Sequence record: LR756502.1
Direction: 5' to 3' (one strand)
Length of the DNA: 64,000 nucleotides
The notes under the pieces were generated by a model. That model was not told the origin of the DNA. It worked only from the letters and a program-made list of their open reading frames with translations, and did not search any database. Positions 46,565 through 54,362 of the stretch are shown one piece after another (position 1 is the first letter of the stretch; each line of letters begins with the position of its first letter). Made by a program: the position numbers and the translations under genes.

Positions 46565-47028
46565 AAAATGAAGTGAACTTTAGTGGGTATGAGCCGACTG
46601 TAGTTTATTATGGTTTTTTTAATGGTGGTGATGGGTCAGTTTTTCTTAGATGGTATTTAGATCCTGATATGGCTTCTGATGAAGAGGAATCACAATCTGA
46701 AGGTTGGGGAGAGGATTGTACTGGATCAGTGGAGACATTTGTTGGATCTGATATACATAAAGATGCCGTTAAGAATGACTTAAAGATTAAGAATGATCCT
46801 AGTAGAGCTATCATTGAAGAGATGTCAAACATTACTGATGTTCAAGAGATTGAAGATTGGGTAGATAAATATGTAGAATCTTCCTATGATAAGAATAAGG
46901 ATGGTGTTAATCAAATAAGAAATAAAAGGATAGAGTCTAAATATAATTTATCTAGATTAATAGATAAAATTAAATCTCCTAGTGTAAAGGGTAACTGGAG
47001 AACAGTAATTAGAAATACAAGTAACTAA
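46540..47028 (+). CDS. N-terminal-tag protein (MRHMKKFNE)
   Basis: First gene of tagged array. Confidence 0.65.
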   Translation: MRHMKKFNENEVNFSGYEPTVVYYGFFNGGDGSVFLRWYLDPDMASDEEESQSEGWGEDCTGSVETFVGSDIHKDAVKNDLKIKNDPSRAIIEEMSNITDVQEIEDWVDKYVESSYDKNKDGVNQIRNKRIESKYNLSRLIDKIKSPSVKGNWRTVIRNTSN

Positions 47029-47460
47029 ATGAAACACTTAAAGAAATATAACGAATCAACAAGCCATCCAGCACCATATACTTGGGATGAGCTTATTTAT
47101 AGAATAGACTCAGGTGAATGTAAATTACCACCAAGTAAATATAGTCCAATGGATGAAGTTAAATCTGATGTAATTGAATCTATTAAGGAATATCTAAAGA
47201 TGAATTCAAAAAGATTTCCGGATATGAATACTGAGCCAATTGAGGATCCAAAAAGAATTATAGATGGTATAGCTGAAGTTGGTGGAAATTTTGTTGCAGT
47301 ATTTGATGATGATTTAGCACCGATTGCACTAATAACTGAATATGATATGATGAACCCTTTCGTGTTTGGTACTGTTGTTATTGTACCAGGTCGTGATTCA
47401 ATTACTTGTTATGATAAATCAACAGGTGAATTTAAAAGAGAACGTAGAAAAAGAGTATAG
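47029..47460 (+). CDS. N-terminal-tag protein (MKHLKKYNES)
   Basis: Shared motif. Confidence 0.65.
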   Translation: MKHLKKYNESTSHPAPYTWDELIYRIDSGECKLPPSKYSPMDEVKSDVIESIKEYLKMNSKRFPDMNTEPIEDPKRIIDGIAEVGGNFVAVFDDDLAPIALITEYDMMNPFVFGTVVIVPGRDSITCYDKSTGEFKRERRKRV

Positions 47461-47467
47461 ATAAATT

Positions 47468-47953
47468 ATGAAACACTTAAAAAAATATAACGAGTCTGTA
47501 TCTGGTTCTAGAGAAGAATTAGTTAGGGATATAAATGCTATGTTTAAGTTTCATAGCAACTATATCTGTGGAATAGAATTCGATCTAAATAATATCGATG
47601 AGATAAATGATGAAATAGATGAGAATTTAATACCATCTAAATTTAGAGATGCTGCTGGATTCACAGCAGAAGAGAACTGTGAGAGAAGAAAGCAAGAAAT
47701 TAAAAGTCTATTCCTTAAATATAAAGGATGGATATTTGATAATAAAGAATCCTTGGGTGATAGTAAACACGATGGTGATTGGCATGAGTTCACGATTGAG
47801 ATAACTGACCCAGAAGGTAATATCTATATTGGTAGAGGTGATACTTGTCCAGCTGAGTCTCCACAAATCAATGAGATATCTGATAATGATGAAGAGAGAG
47901 ATAAAGCATATAAGAAGTATCTTAAGCTAAAAAAGAAATGGAATTTCAACTAA
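47468..47953 (+). CDS. N-terminal-tag protein (MKHLKKYNES)
   Basis: Shared motif. Confidence 0.65.
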   Translation: MKHLKKYNESVSGSREELVRDINAMFKFHSNYICGIEFDLNNIDEINDEIDENLIPSKFRDAAGFTAEENCERRKQEIKSLFLKYKGWIFDNKESLGDSKHDGDWHEFTIEITDPEGNIYIGRGDTCPAESPQINEISDNDEERDKAYKKYLKLKKKWNFN

Positions 47954-47954
47954 T

Positions 47955-48308
47955 ATGAAACACTTAAAGAAATTTAACGAAAATAAAATGGATGGACTGC
48001 AATTTACAATTGATGACTTTGAAGATGTGATGCAACTTCAATGGGAGAAATACAAAGGACTTGAAAAGTTATACAAAATAGTTGATATTGAAGTAGAAGA
48101 TACTGATATAGGTAAAGGCATAATAAATGCTAATGCTATTATAGAAAGACTATCTGATGGTAGATTTTTCAAATTTGAATACTCTCATGATGAGGGAAGA
48201 AATCCATTGAGTATAGGAGGATTGGCAAATCCAAGAACTATGATAGGAGTAGAAGTATATCCACATACAGTTACAAAGGTTGTATATAAAACAAAACCAA
48301 AAAGGTAA
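47955..48308 (+). CDS. N-terminal-tag protein (MKHLKKFNE)
   Basis: Shared motif. Confidence 0.65.
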   Translation: MKHLKKFNENKMDGLQFTIDDFEDVMQLQWEKYKGLEKLYKIVDIEVEDTDIGKGIINANAIIERLSDGRFFKFEYSHDEGRNPLSIGGLANPRTMIGVEVYPHTVTKVVYKTKPKR

Positions 48309-48310
48309 AT

Positions 48311-48487
48311 ATGAAATACTTAAAGAAAATTAACGAAGGTAATGATACTTACTTTGAGTATGATGTAAATGATACATCTACTTATAAAGGTCGAGATGTT
48401 GGTAAAATGATAAAAGACGTCTTAGATGCACTGAACATTGACTATACTAAGGATGATAATGAAGTCTTATTTTGGGTATCTTGGTAA
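48311..48487 (+). CDS. N-terminal-tag protein (MKYLKKINEG, 58 aa, not in ORF track)
   Basis: Read manually; shared motif. Confidence 0.6.
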   Translation: MKYLKKINEGNDTYFEYDVNDTSTYKGRDVGKMIKDVLDALNIDYTKDDNEVLFWVSW

Positions 48488-48526
48488 AATTGCTTAAATA
48501 TGTAAATCGATAAAAAATAAAATATT

Positions 48527-48874
48527 ATGAAACACTTAAAGAAAATTAACGAATCTAGTAATTATAAAAAACAAAATGACCTATTTATAAATACTAGAGT
48601 TATTGATGTTAGTAATATTAGAGATACTAATATCAGAGATATTATTTATAAATATGCTGAGAATAGAGTTCGTTCAAATAATTCATACTTTAAATACTAT
48701 GTTTGTGATACCGCTAAACACATATCCGAGGTTAAGGATATTAACAATATAATAAGATTTCCTAACCATAATCCTGATTATGTTTATGAAAGAGGAGATG
48801 ATCCTATAAGTGATTTCCTACTGGATAATGGTGCTAAACTATCAGAATCACTTATATTCTTAATAAATTGGTAA
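48527..48874 (+). CDS. N-terminal-tag protein (MKHLKKINES)
   Basis: Shared motif. Confidence 0.65.
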   Translation: MKHLKKINESSNYKKQNDLFINTRVIDVSNIRDTNIRDIIYKYAENRVRSNNSYFKYYVCDTAKHISEVKDINNIIRFPNHNPDYVYERGDDPISDFLLDNGAKLSESLIFLINW

Positions 48875-48876
48875 CT

Positions 48877-49437
48877 ATGAAACATCTAAAATCATATAAC
48901 GAGTCCGTTCAAGATGAAGAAGATGAGAAAGGTGACCGTATAGAAGTGCATCTTACCGTTCCTGTTTTCTCTGGTACTCCACTTAATCGTAAATGGACGA
49001 CATTTTTTTCATGCAGAAGGTCTAAGACTAATGATAGAGGACAATATGAAACAGTTGGTGGTTATGATGAACTCGAATTAAGATATTTTGATATTGTTTG
49101 GGAGAAATATGAAGGCAAAGAGATGCCTAATCGAGATATGAAGGGTGGTAGATTTAGTGGACTACTTGGTTATAAGGGTCCATGTAGACCAGAGTTTGAA
49201 GTATATCCTAAAGAGTTAATAGATGCTTTGTCTTATTTTGAAAATAGTTCATTTGTTACTGAATTTGAAAAAGGATTAAAGAAGAGATACTTTTCAAAAA
49301 GTAGTGGTGAGATAGACCCATTTCCTGATAAAGAAGAAATATCTAAAATGTCTCTGGAGTTTCAAAGTGAAGAAGATGCTTTTGATTGGTTAAATGATTT
49401 AGAATATCTTATTATTACCAACAAAATAGACTCATAA
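48877..49437 (+). CDS. N-terminal-tag protein (MKHLKSYNES)
   Basis: Start moved to the tagged Met. Confidence 0.65.
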   Translation: MKHLKSYNESVQDEEDEKGDRIEVHLTVPVFSGTPLNRKWTTFFSCRRSKTNDRGQYETVGGYDELELRYFDIVWEKYEGKEMPNRDMKGGRFSGLLGYKGPCRPEFEVYPKELIDALSYFENSSFVTEFEKGLKKRYFSKSSGEIDPFPDKEEISKMSLEFQSEEDAFDWLNDLEYLIITNKIDS

Positions 49438-49440
49438 AAT

Positions 49441-49860
49441 ATGAAACACTTAAGAAGATTTAATGAAAGTCTAGAAGGTAATCTAGAAGAGATAAATGAT
49501 ATATTTACAGTTGAAGTTGCTGATCATTTTAATTTAGTTAGAATATCATATGACGAATATAATGGTCAGGCTGAGGGTGGTGGACCACTTGAAAGAAATA
49601 AATCAACAGATCCATCAATTTATTACATTGAAGACTACTTTAGTCGGCCTGAACTAGATCCGGTAGGATTTGTAAGAATAGAAATGGCTATAAGTAATGA
49701 CAATGCTGAATTATTTAAATTAAAATATTTATCACTATTTGAGGAAAGATTATCAAAAATAGGATTTAAAATGAGTGTAAAGTATTATTACGGTAAGGTA
49801 AGTGGTAGAATATTCAGACGAAATTTTACCGAGGTAACTATGATAATAGAAGCACTATAA
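49441..49860 (+). CDS. N-terminal-tag protein (MKHLRRFNES)
   Basis: Shared motif. Confidence 0.65.
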   Translation: MKHLRRFNESLEGNLEEINDIFTVEVADHFNLVRISYDEYNGQAEGGGPLERNKSTDPSIYYIEDYFSRPELDPVGFVRIEMAISNDNAELFKLKYLSLFEERLSKIGFKMSVKYYYGKVSGRIFRRNFTEVTMIIEAL

Positions 49861-49957
49861 AATTAAAATTAATTTGGTAAATTGAAAACTTCTTCCTATA
49901 TTTGTAATAGAATTAAAAATAACAAAAACACGCTTTAAAAAGCTGATATATACTAAA

Positions 49958-50119
49958 ATGAAAAACTTAATCTTAAATATCGCAATTCAAGTACAACGTC
50001 AAGTTGTTGTCGATCAGGATCAACCGGATACGACTGAGGCTAATTGCGATTTTATAAGAGAGTAAAATAATACTTGAATTATACAAACCCAGTTAGTCTA
50101 TGATTAACTGGGTTTTTTT
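49958..50119 (+). promoter_or_regulatory. Attenuator 7: leader MKNLILNIAIQVQRQVVVDQDQPDTTEANCDL (49958-50056) + terminator (50085-50119)
   Basis: Asp x4, Gln x5, Pro; GGCTAATTG (50038-50046) pairs with CAGTTAGTC (50090-50098); followed by Pro/Asp tRNAs. Confidence 0.75.
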
Positions 50120-50130
50120 ATTGCTTAAAA

Positions 50131-50203
50131 CGCGAAGTGACTGAGGTTTAAGCGAGAGTGGTCTGGAGCCATTTTTTAGTCAGTTCGATTCTGACCTTCG
50201 CGA
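50131..50203 (+). tRNA. Atypical tRNA-Pro(UGG), C33/A37
   Basis: C1:G72, A73; AGTGG-TCTGGAG-CCATT. Confidence 0.65.
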
Positions 50204-50211
50204 CAAAATTA

Positions 50212-50286
50212 CGGAAATTGGGCTAATTGGTAAGCCGCTTCATTTGGGATGAAGACATCGTGTGGGTTCAAGTCCCGCATTTCCGA
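50212..50286 (+). tRNA. tRNA-Pro(UGG)
   Basis: CTTCA-TTTGGGA-TGAAG. Confidence 0.9.
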
Positions 50287-50291
50287 CAAAT

Positions 50292-50366
50292 GGCTCGTGG
50301 TACTGCACGGTGTGGTAACCTGTTTGTCAAACAGGATACAGATGGGATCATTACCCATACGAGTCA
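50292..50366 (+). tRNA. tRNA-Asp(GUC)
   Basis: CCTGT-TTGTCAA-ACAGG; unusual D-arm, A73. Confidence 0.8.
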
Positions 50367-50371
50367 CAAAA

Positions 50372-50443
50372 GGTCTATTAGTGAAATGGCTATCATCCCA
50401 CACTGTCACTGTGGAGTAGACGGATCGAAACCGTCATAGACCG
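50372..50443 (+). tRNA. tRNA-Asp(GUC)
   Basis: CCACA-CTGTCAC-TGTGG, G73. Confidence 0.9.
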
Positions 50444-50508
50444 CAAGAGATTAATTTGGAATCTTAAACCTTGCAAAAGCGAGGACTGGTAATATTTTAA
50501 TCTCATAT

Positions 50509-50583
50509 GGTTCGTGGAACTGCACGGTGTGGTTACTTGATTGTCAATCAGGACACAGACGGGATCGTTACCCGTACGAATCA
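50509..50583 (+). tRNA. tRNA-Asp(GUC), paralogue of 50292
   Basis: CTTGA-TTGTCAA-TCAGG. Confidence 0.8.
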
Positions 50584-50588
50584 CAAAA

Positions 50589-50662
50589 CGAGAAGTGACT
50601 AAGGCTTTAAGCACGGGTGATCAGGAGTCATCTGTTAGTGGGTTCAATTCCAACCTTCTCGA
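50589..50662 (+). tRNA. Atypical tRNA-Pro(AGG), C33/A37
   Basis: C1:G72, A73; GGTGA-TCAGGAG-TCATC. Confidence 0.65.
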
Positions 50663-50670
50663 CAAATATA

Positions 50671-50744
50671 AAGATGTTGATCGTCTAATGAAAGGTTCCC
50701 CTACGGAGGGGAGGGTTTGGGTTTGATTCCCAAGAGACGTTTTT
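50671..50744 (+). pseudogene. Degenerate tRNA-Arg(ACG)
   Basis: TCCC-CTACGGA-GGGA and T-arm; weak acceptor. Confidence 0.5.
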
Positions 50745-50752
50745 ATGTTAAC

Positions 50753-50822
50753 GGTGCTGTCGTCTAATGATAGGATGCTCCCATTGGAGGGAGTGATGTA
50801 GGTTTGATTCCTAACTGTACCG
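50753..50822 (+). pseudogene. tRNA-like gene with 6-nt anticodon loop (ATTGGA)
   Basis: CTCCC-ATTGGA-GGGAG; D- and T-arms present. Confidence 0.5.
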
Positions 50823-50833
50823 CAAAAATAATA

Positions 50834-50902
50834 CGAGATGTAGCCTATTGGCATGAGGCACTAGTTTTGTGAACTAGACGAAGCAGGTTCCTGTCATCTC
50901 GA
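50834..50902 (+). pseudogene. Pro-type body with UGU anticodon and deleted T-loop
   Basis: CGAGATG/CATCTCG; CTAGT-TTTGTGA-ACTAG; GCAGG-TT-CCTGT. Confidence 0.55.
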
Positions 50903-50936
50903 CAAGAGAGAAACAAAATATTAATAAATAGAAATT

Positions 50937-51052
50937 ATGACAACTTCATTTCAGCAACAACAGCAACAACAAATTAATCGAACAGATTGATGTGGAATGA
51001 TATTGTTTAAATATTACACCCGTTAGTCTGAGGAGATTAACGGGTTTTTTAT
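50937..51052 (+). promoter_or_regulatory. Attenuator 8: poly-Gln leader MTTSFQQQQQQQINRTD (50937-50990) + terminator (51018-51052)
   Basis: 7 consecutive CAG/CAA codons; CAGATTGATG (50983-50992) pairs with CGTTAGTCTG (51021-51030); followed by 4 tRNA-Gln and glnS. Confidence 0.9.
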
Positions 51053-51123
51053 TGTCCGATAGTGTAGAGGTAACACAAGGGTCTTTGGTCCCCTTATCAC
51101 TGGTTCGATCCCAGTTCGGATAA
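51053..51123 (+). tRNA. tRNA-Gln(UUG)
   Basis: U1:A72; CTTTGGT loop. Confidence 0.85.
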
Positions 51124-51130
51124 CAAATAT

Positions 51131-51214
51131 TGCGGAATCCCATAATGGCATTGGTCCTGACTTTGAATCAGGTGGAATGAAAATTCTGTGTAGGTTCGAA
51201 TCCTACTTCCGCAT
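51131..51214 (+). tRNA. tRNA-Gln(UUG) with long variable arm
   Basis: CCTGA-CTTTGAA-TCAGG; V-arm GGAAT-GAAA-ATTCT. Confidence 0.85.
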
Positions 51215-51219
51215 CAAAT

Positions 51220-51292
51220 TCCTCTTTGGTCTAATGGCTAATGACGTGTCCCTTTGACGGATAAGGTGGTGGTTCGATTCCATCAAGAGGAA
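51220..51292 (+). tRNA. tRNA-Gln(UUG)
   Basis: TGTCC-CTTTGAC-GGATA. Confidence 0.85.
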
Positions 51293-51297
51293 CAAAA

Positions 51298-51369
51298 TGT
51301 CTTATAATATAATGGTTAGTATAACCGCCTCTGAAGCGGTTTGTCTTGGTTCGAGTCCAGGTGAGACAA
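51298..51369 (+). tRNA. tRNA-Gln(CUG)
   Basis: ACCGC-CTCTGAA-GCGGT. Confidence 0.9.
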
Positions 51370-51397
51370 CTAAAAATTAATTTAAACTAAAACAATT

Positions 51398-52999
51398 ATG
51401 AATTTCATTGAAGATAAAATAATAGAGAAAAATAACTTAGATAAACTAAAGTTAAGATTTCCACCAGAAAACTCAGGTTATATCCACCTGGGTCATGCCA
51501 AATCTATCTGTCTTAATTTTGGACTAGCATTAAAATATAACAGACCTTGTAATTTAAGGTTTGATGATACTAACCCATCCAATGAATCTGACGATTTCAC
51601 AAGATCAATAATTGAAGATATCAAATGGTTAGGATTCACACCATCTGAGACTCTATATACCTCTGATTATTTCTCTGAACTATACAACTATGCAATCATC
51701 CTAATTAGAAAAGGATTAGCTTACGTTGATGATTCAACATCAGAAGAAATTGCCTTATTAAAAGGAACACCAACATCTGTTGGTAAAGATTCTCCATATA
51801 AATCAAGAACTATCGAAGAGAACTTAGACTTATTCAATAGAATGAAATTAGGTGAATTCACAGAGGGTTCTAAAACACTTAGAGCAAACATTGATATGAC
51901 TTCATCTAATATGATATTGAGAGATCCTATCATATATAGAATGATTAATAAGACACACCACAATGTTGGTGATGCTTGGAAGATATATCCAATGTATGAT
52001 TTTGCACATCCATTGTCTGACTATATTGAAGGTATAACTGACTCTTTGTGTACTATGGAATTTGAGGTACATTTGCCTTTATATATGTGGGTATTGAAAA
52101 ATTGTGATTTAAAAAATTCTTTACCGGAAGAAACTGAGTTTGCTCGATTGAACATTGATTTTACAATAATGAGTAAGAGAAAACTAAAGAGATTAGTTGA
52201 AGAAGGATTTGTTTCTGGATGGGATGATCCAAGAATGCCTACTATCTCTGGATTAAGAAGAAGAGGATTTACACCAAAAAGTATTAGAGATTTTTGTGAA
52301 GAAATTTCTGTAACAAGAAGTAACTCTATAATTAGTCATAAAGTATTAGAAGAGTGTTTAAGAACAGATTTGAATAAGTCAGCTAATAGAATGATGGGTG
52401 TTATTGACCCTGTTAAATTGACTATTACTAATTGGGTTGGTGGTACTGAATGGGTTGAAATAGAGAATAACCCAGAAGATCCAAACGCTGGAACTAGATT
52501 GGTTCCTTTTACTGGAGTGTTGTGGATTGAGATAGAAGACTTTAGATTAGAAGCTGATAAGAAATTTCACAGATTAAAGTTGAATGAAGAAGTTAGATTA
52601 AAAGGTGGATACGTTGTTAAAGCAACCGATGTTGTTATGAATGGTGATGTTATATCTGAGATAAAATGTACATTCGATCCTAACTCTAAATCTGGAATGG
52701 TTTTAGATAGAAAGGTAAAAGGAGTAATTCACTGGGTATCTGTTGAACACGCTGTTAACTTAGATGTTAATGAGTATGATACTTTATTTACTGAATCTAA
52801 TCCTGATGATTTAGAAGATTTTACAACTTGTATTAATCCTAATTCTTTAATTGTGAATACAAAGGCTATGTTTGAACCACATATAATGGCACTTGAAGTT
52901 GGTGTTCCGGTTCAAATGATGAGAAAAGGATATTATTGTCTTGACAAGGATGGTGTTTTTAACAAGACCGTTTCATTGAAAGAAGGTTGGAAAGGATAA
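51398..52999 (+). CDS. glnS: Glutaminyl-tRNA synthetase
   Basis: RFPPENSGYIHLGHAK, LRFDDTNP, YPMYDFAH, SKRKL, GWDDPRMPTI.GLRRRG, VKGVIHWVS. Confidence 0.95.
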   Translation: MNFIEDKIIEKNNLDKLKLRFPPENSGYIHLGHAKSICLNFGLALKYNRPCNLRFDDTNPSNESDDFTRSIIEDIKWLGFTPSETLYTSDYFSELYNYAIILIRKGLAYVDDSTSEEIALLKGTPTSVGKDSPYKSRTIEENLDLFNRMKLGEFTEGSKTLRANIDMTSSNMILRDPIIYRMINKTHHNVGDAWKIYPMYDFAHPLSDYIEGITDSLCTMEFEVHLPLYMWVLKNCDLKNSLPEETEFARLNIDFTIMSKRKLKRLVEEGFVSGWDDPRMPTISGLRRRGFTPKSIRDFCEEISVTRSNSIISHKVLEECLRTDLNKSANRMMGVIDPVKLTITNWVGGTEWVEIENNPEDPNAGTRLVPFTGVLWIEIEDFRLEADKKFHRLKLNEEVRLKGGYVVKATDVVMNGDVISEIKCTFDPNSKSGMVLDRKVKGVIHWVSVEHAVNLDVNEYDTLFTESNPDDLEDFTTCINPNSLIVNTKAMFEPHIMALEVGVPVQMMRKGYYCLDKDGVFNKTVSLKEGWKG

Positions 53000-53030
53000 T
53001 TTTCCAACCTTTCTTTTTAATATATAACCT

Positions 53031-53552
53031 ATGAAACATTTAAAAATATTTGAAGATTTTGAATATAAATCAATAACACCTGATGAGTTAAAAGGCTTGG
53101 TTGTTAAAAGAATATATCATAGTAGTAACGGATCATCTATTGTTGAGACAGATAAAGGTATATTTGATGTTGGTTGCATGGGTGGTGCTATGATATCATT
53201 TGAAGGCAGTTTAAGTATTGAAGAGGTTGTAAATAGAACAATAATTGACGTTTTGATGGAAGAAGGATCGATAACTCTAGTATTTAGTGATGGTGAAATT
53301 TCTTTTGTAGATGATACTGGTGGTGAAGGAGTTTCAGCTGATTGGGTAAATGAATCTAATGATTCAAAAATTGAGGACATTGAATTAAAAATTAAAGATG
53401 CTGCTTATAGTTTGAAGACATTTGGGACTATGAATAAACAAGGAGCTTTTATAAATGGTGCTAAATGGGCTATTCACAATTTAACAGATGAAGAGATAAA
53501 ATATATGAGAGAGAGCTCAGATTCGGAAGATCATAGTTTCTTTGGACTTTAG
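53031..53552 (+). CDS. N-terminal-tag protein (MKHLKIFEDF)
   Basis: Behind TAATATATA. Confidence 0.65.
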   Translation: MKHLKIFEDFEYKSITPDELKGLVVKRIYHSSNGSSIVETDKGIFDVGCMGGAMISFEGSLSIEEVVNRTIIDVLMEEGSITLVFSDGEISFVDDTGGEGVSADWVNESNDSKIEDIELKIKDAAYSLKTFGTMNKQGAFINGAKWAIHNLTDEEIKYMRESSDSEDHSFFGL

Positions 53553-53567
53553 AAAATAAATTAGTAT

Positions 53568-53885
53568 ATGAAACATTTAAAAAAATTTAATGAGTCTGAA
53601 ACTTGGTCAAGTGGTATTTCACTTGATGATGTAATTGAGTTTATTCATCCTTCAAATCCTATGGATTCACAAGAGTACTATTATTATATATGGGCTGATG
53701 ATGAGGTTTACTATGAATTTGCAAAATTGAAGGTACGTGATTATATGGATGTGATTAATCGTACAGTTTTCAAAGAAGAATCAAATACAGCTAAAAAGTT
53801 TGGTTATGATTTTATTATGACTAATCAAGAAGAGATATTAGATAAGTGTGAGGAATATTTAATATCTGATGGAGTTAGAAAATAA
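53568..53885 (+). CDS. N-terminal-tag protein (MKHLKKFNES)
   Basis: Shared motif. Confidence 0.65.
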   Translation: MKHLKKFNESETWSSGISLDDVIEFIHPSNPMDSQEYYYYIWADDEVYYEFAKLKVRDYMDVINRTVFKEESNTAKKFGYDFIMTNQEEILDKCEEYLISDGVRK

Positions 53886-53894
53886 AATTAGTAT

Positions 53895-54161
53895 ATGAAA
53901 AATATTAAAACATTTGAATTATTTAGTGATTGGTTTAAGTCTAAGGAACAAAATGCTCGTGAGGAGATGTTTGGTACAAAAAACTTAGAAAAAAAATCAG
54001 AAGATGTTCAGAAACTAATAGATGAGATAATACTAAACCAAGGTACTAGTTTAGATCACAGAAATGATAGATTTAAAGTGTATAGTGACGTAGAGTTATC
54101 AAATATGTCCGATGATGAAATTACTAGTATTTGGCAGCAAATAACTGGGAATAGGTATTAG
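53895..54161 (+). CDS. N-terminal-tag protein (MKNIKTFELF)
   Basis: Shared motif. Confidence 0.6.
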   Translation: MKNIKTFELFSDWFKSKEQNAREEMFGTKNLEKKSEDVQKLIDEIILNQGTSLDHRNDRFKVYSDVELSNMSDDEITSIWQQITGNRY

Positions 54162-54213
54162 AAAAAAAATAAATAAATTAGAACAAATCAAAAAATTTAT
54201 ATATATTTGTAGA

Positions 54214-54338
54214 ATGAGAAAGATAATTAAATTAAAAGATGATCGTTATTTATGGACTGACTGCCTCGCAGATTAGTGATAGATAACTATTACCTATAAT
54301 CTTCAAACCCAGTCAGAAATGACTGGGTTTTTTATTTT
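54214..54338 (+). promoter_or_regulatory. Attenuator 9: leader MRKIIKLKDDRYLWTDCLAD (54214-54276) + terminator (54305-54338)
   Basis: Asp x4; CTGACTG (54257-54263) pairs with CAGTCAG (54310-54316); directly before aspS. Confidence 0.8.
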
Positions 54339-54362
54339 AAACAAAAATTAAAAAAATATATT

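Noticed and set aside
50951-50972. CAG/CAA tract as a simple microsatellite
   Set aside because: It mixes synonymous codons in frame within a start-stop ORF directly before Gln tRNAs and glnS.
930-54338. T-box riboswitches as the explanation for the leaders
   Set aside because: No TGGNACC T-box motif or Stem I; the elements are short and contain open, composition-biased ORFs.
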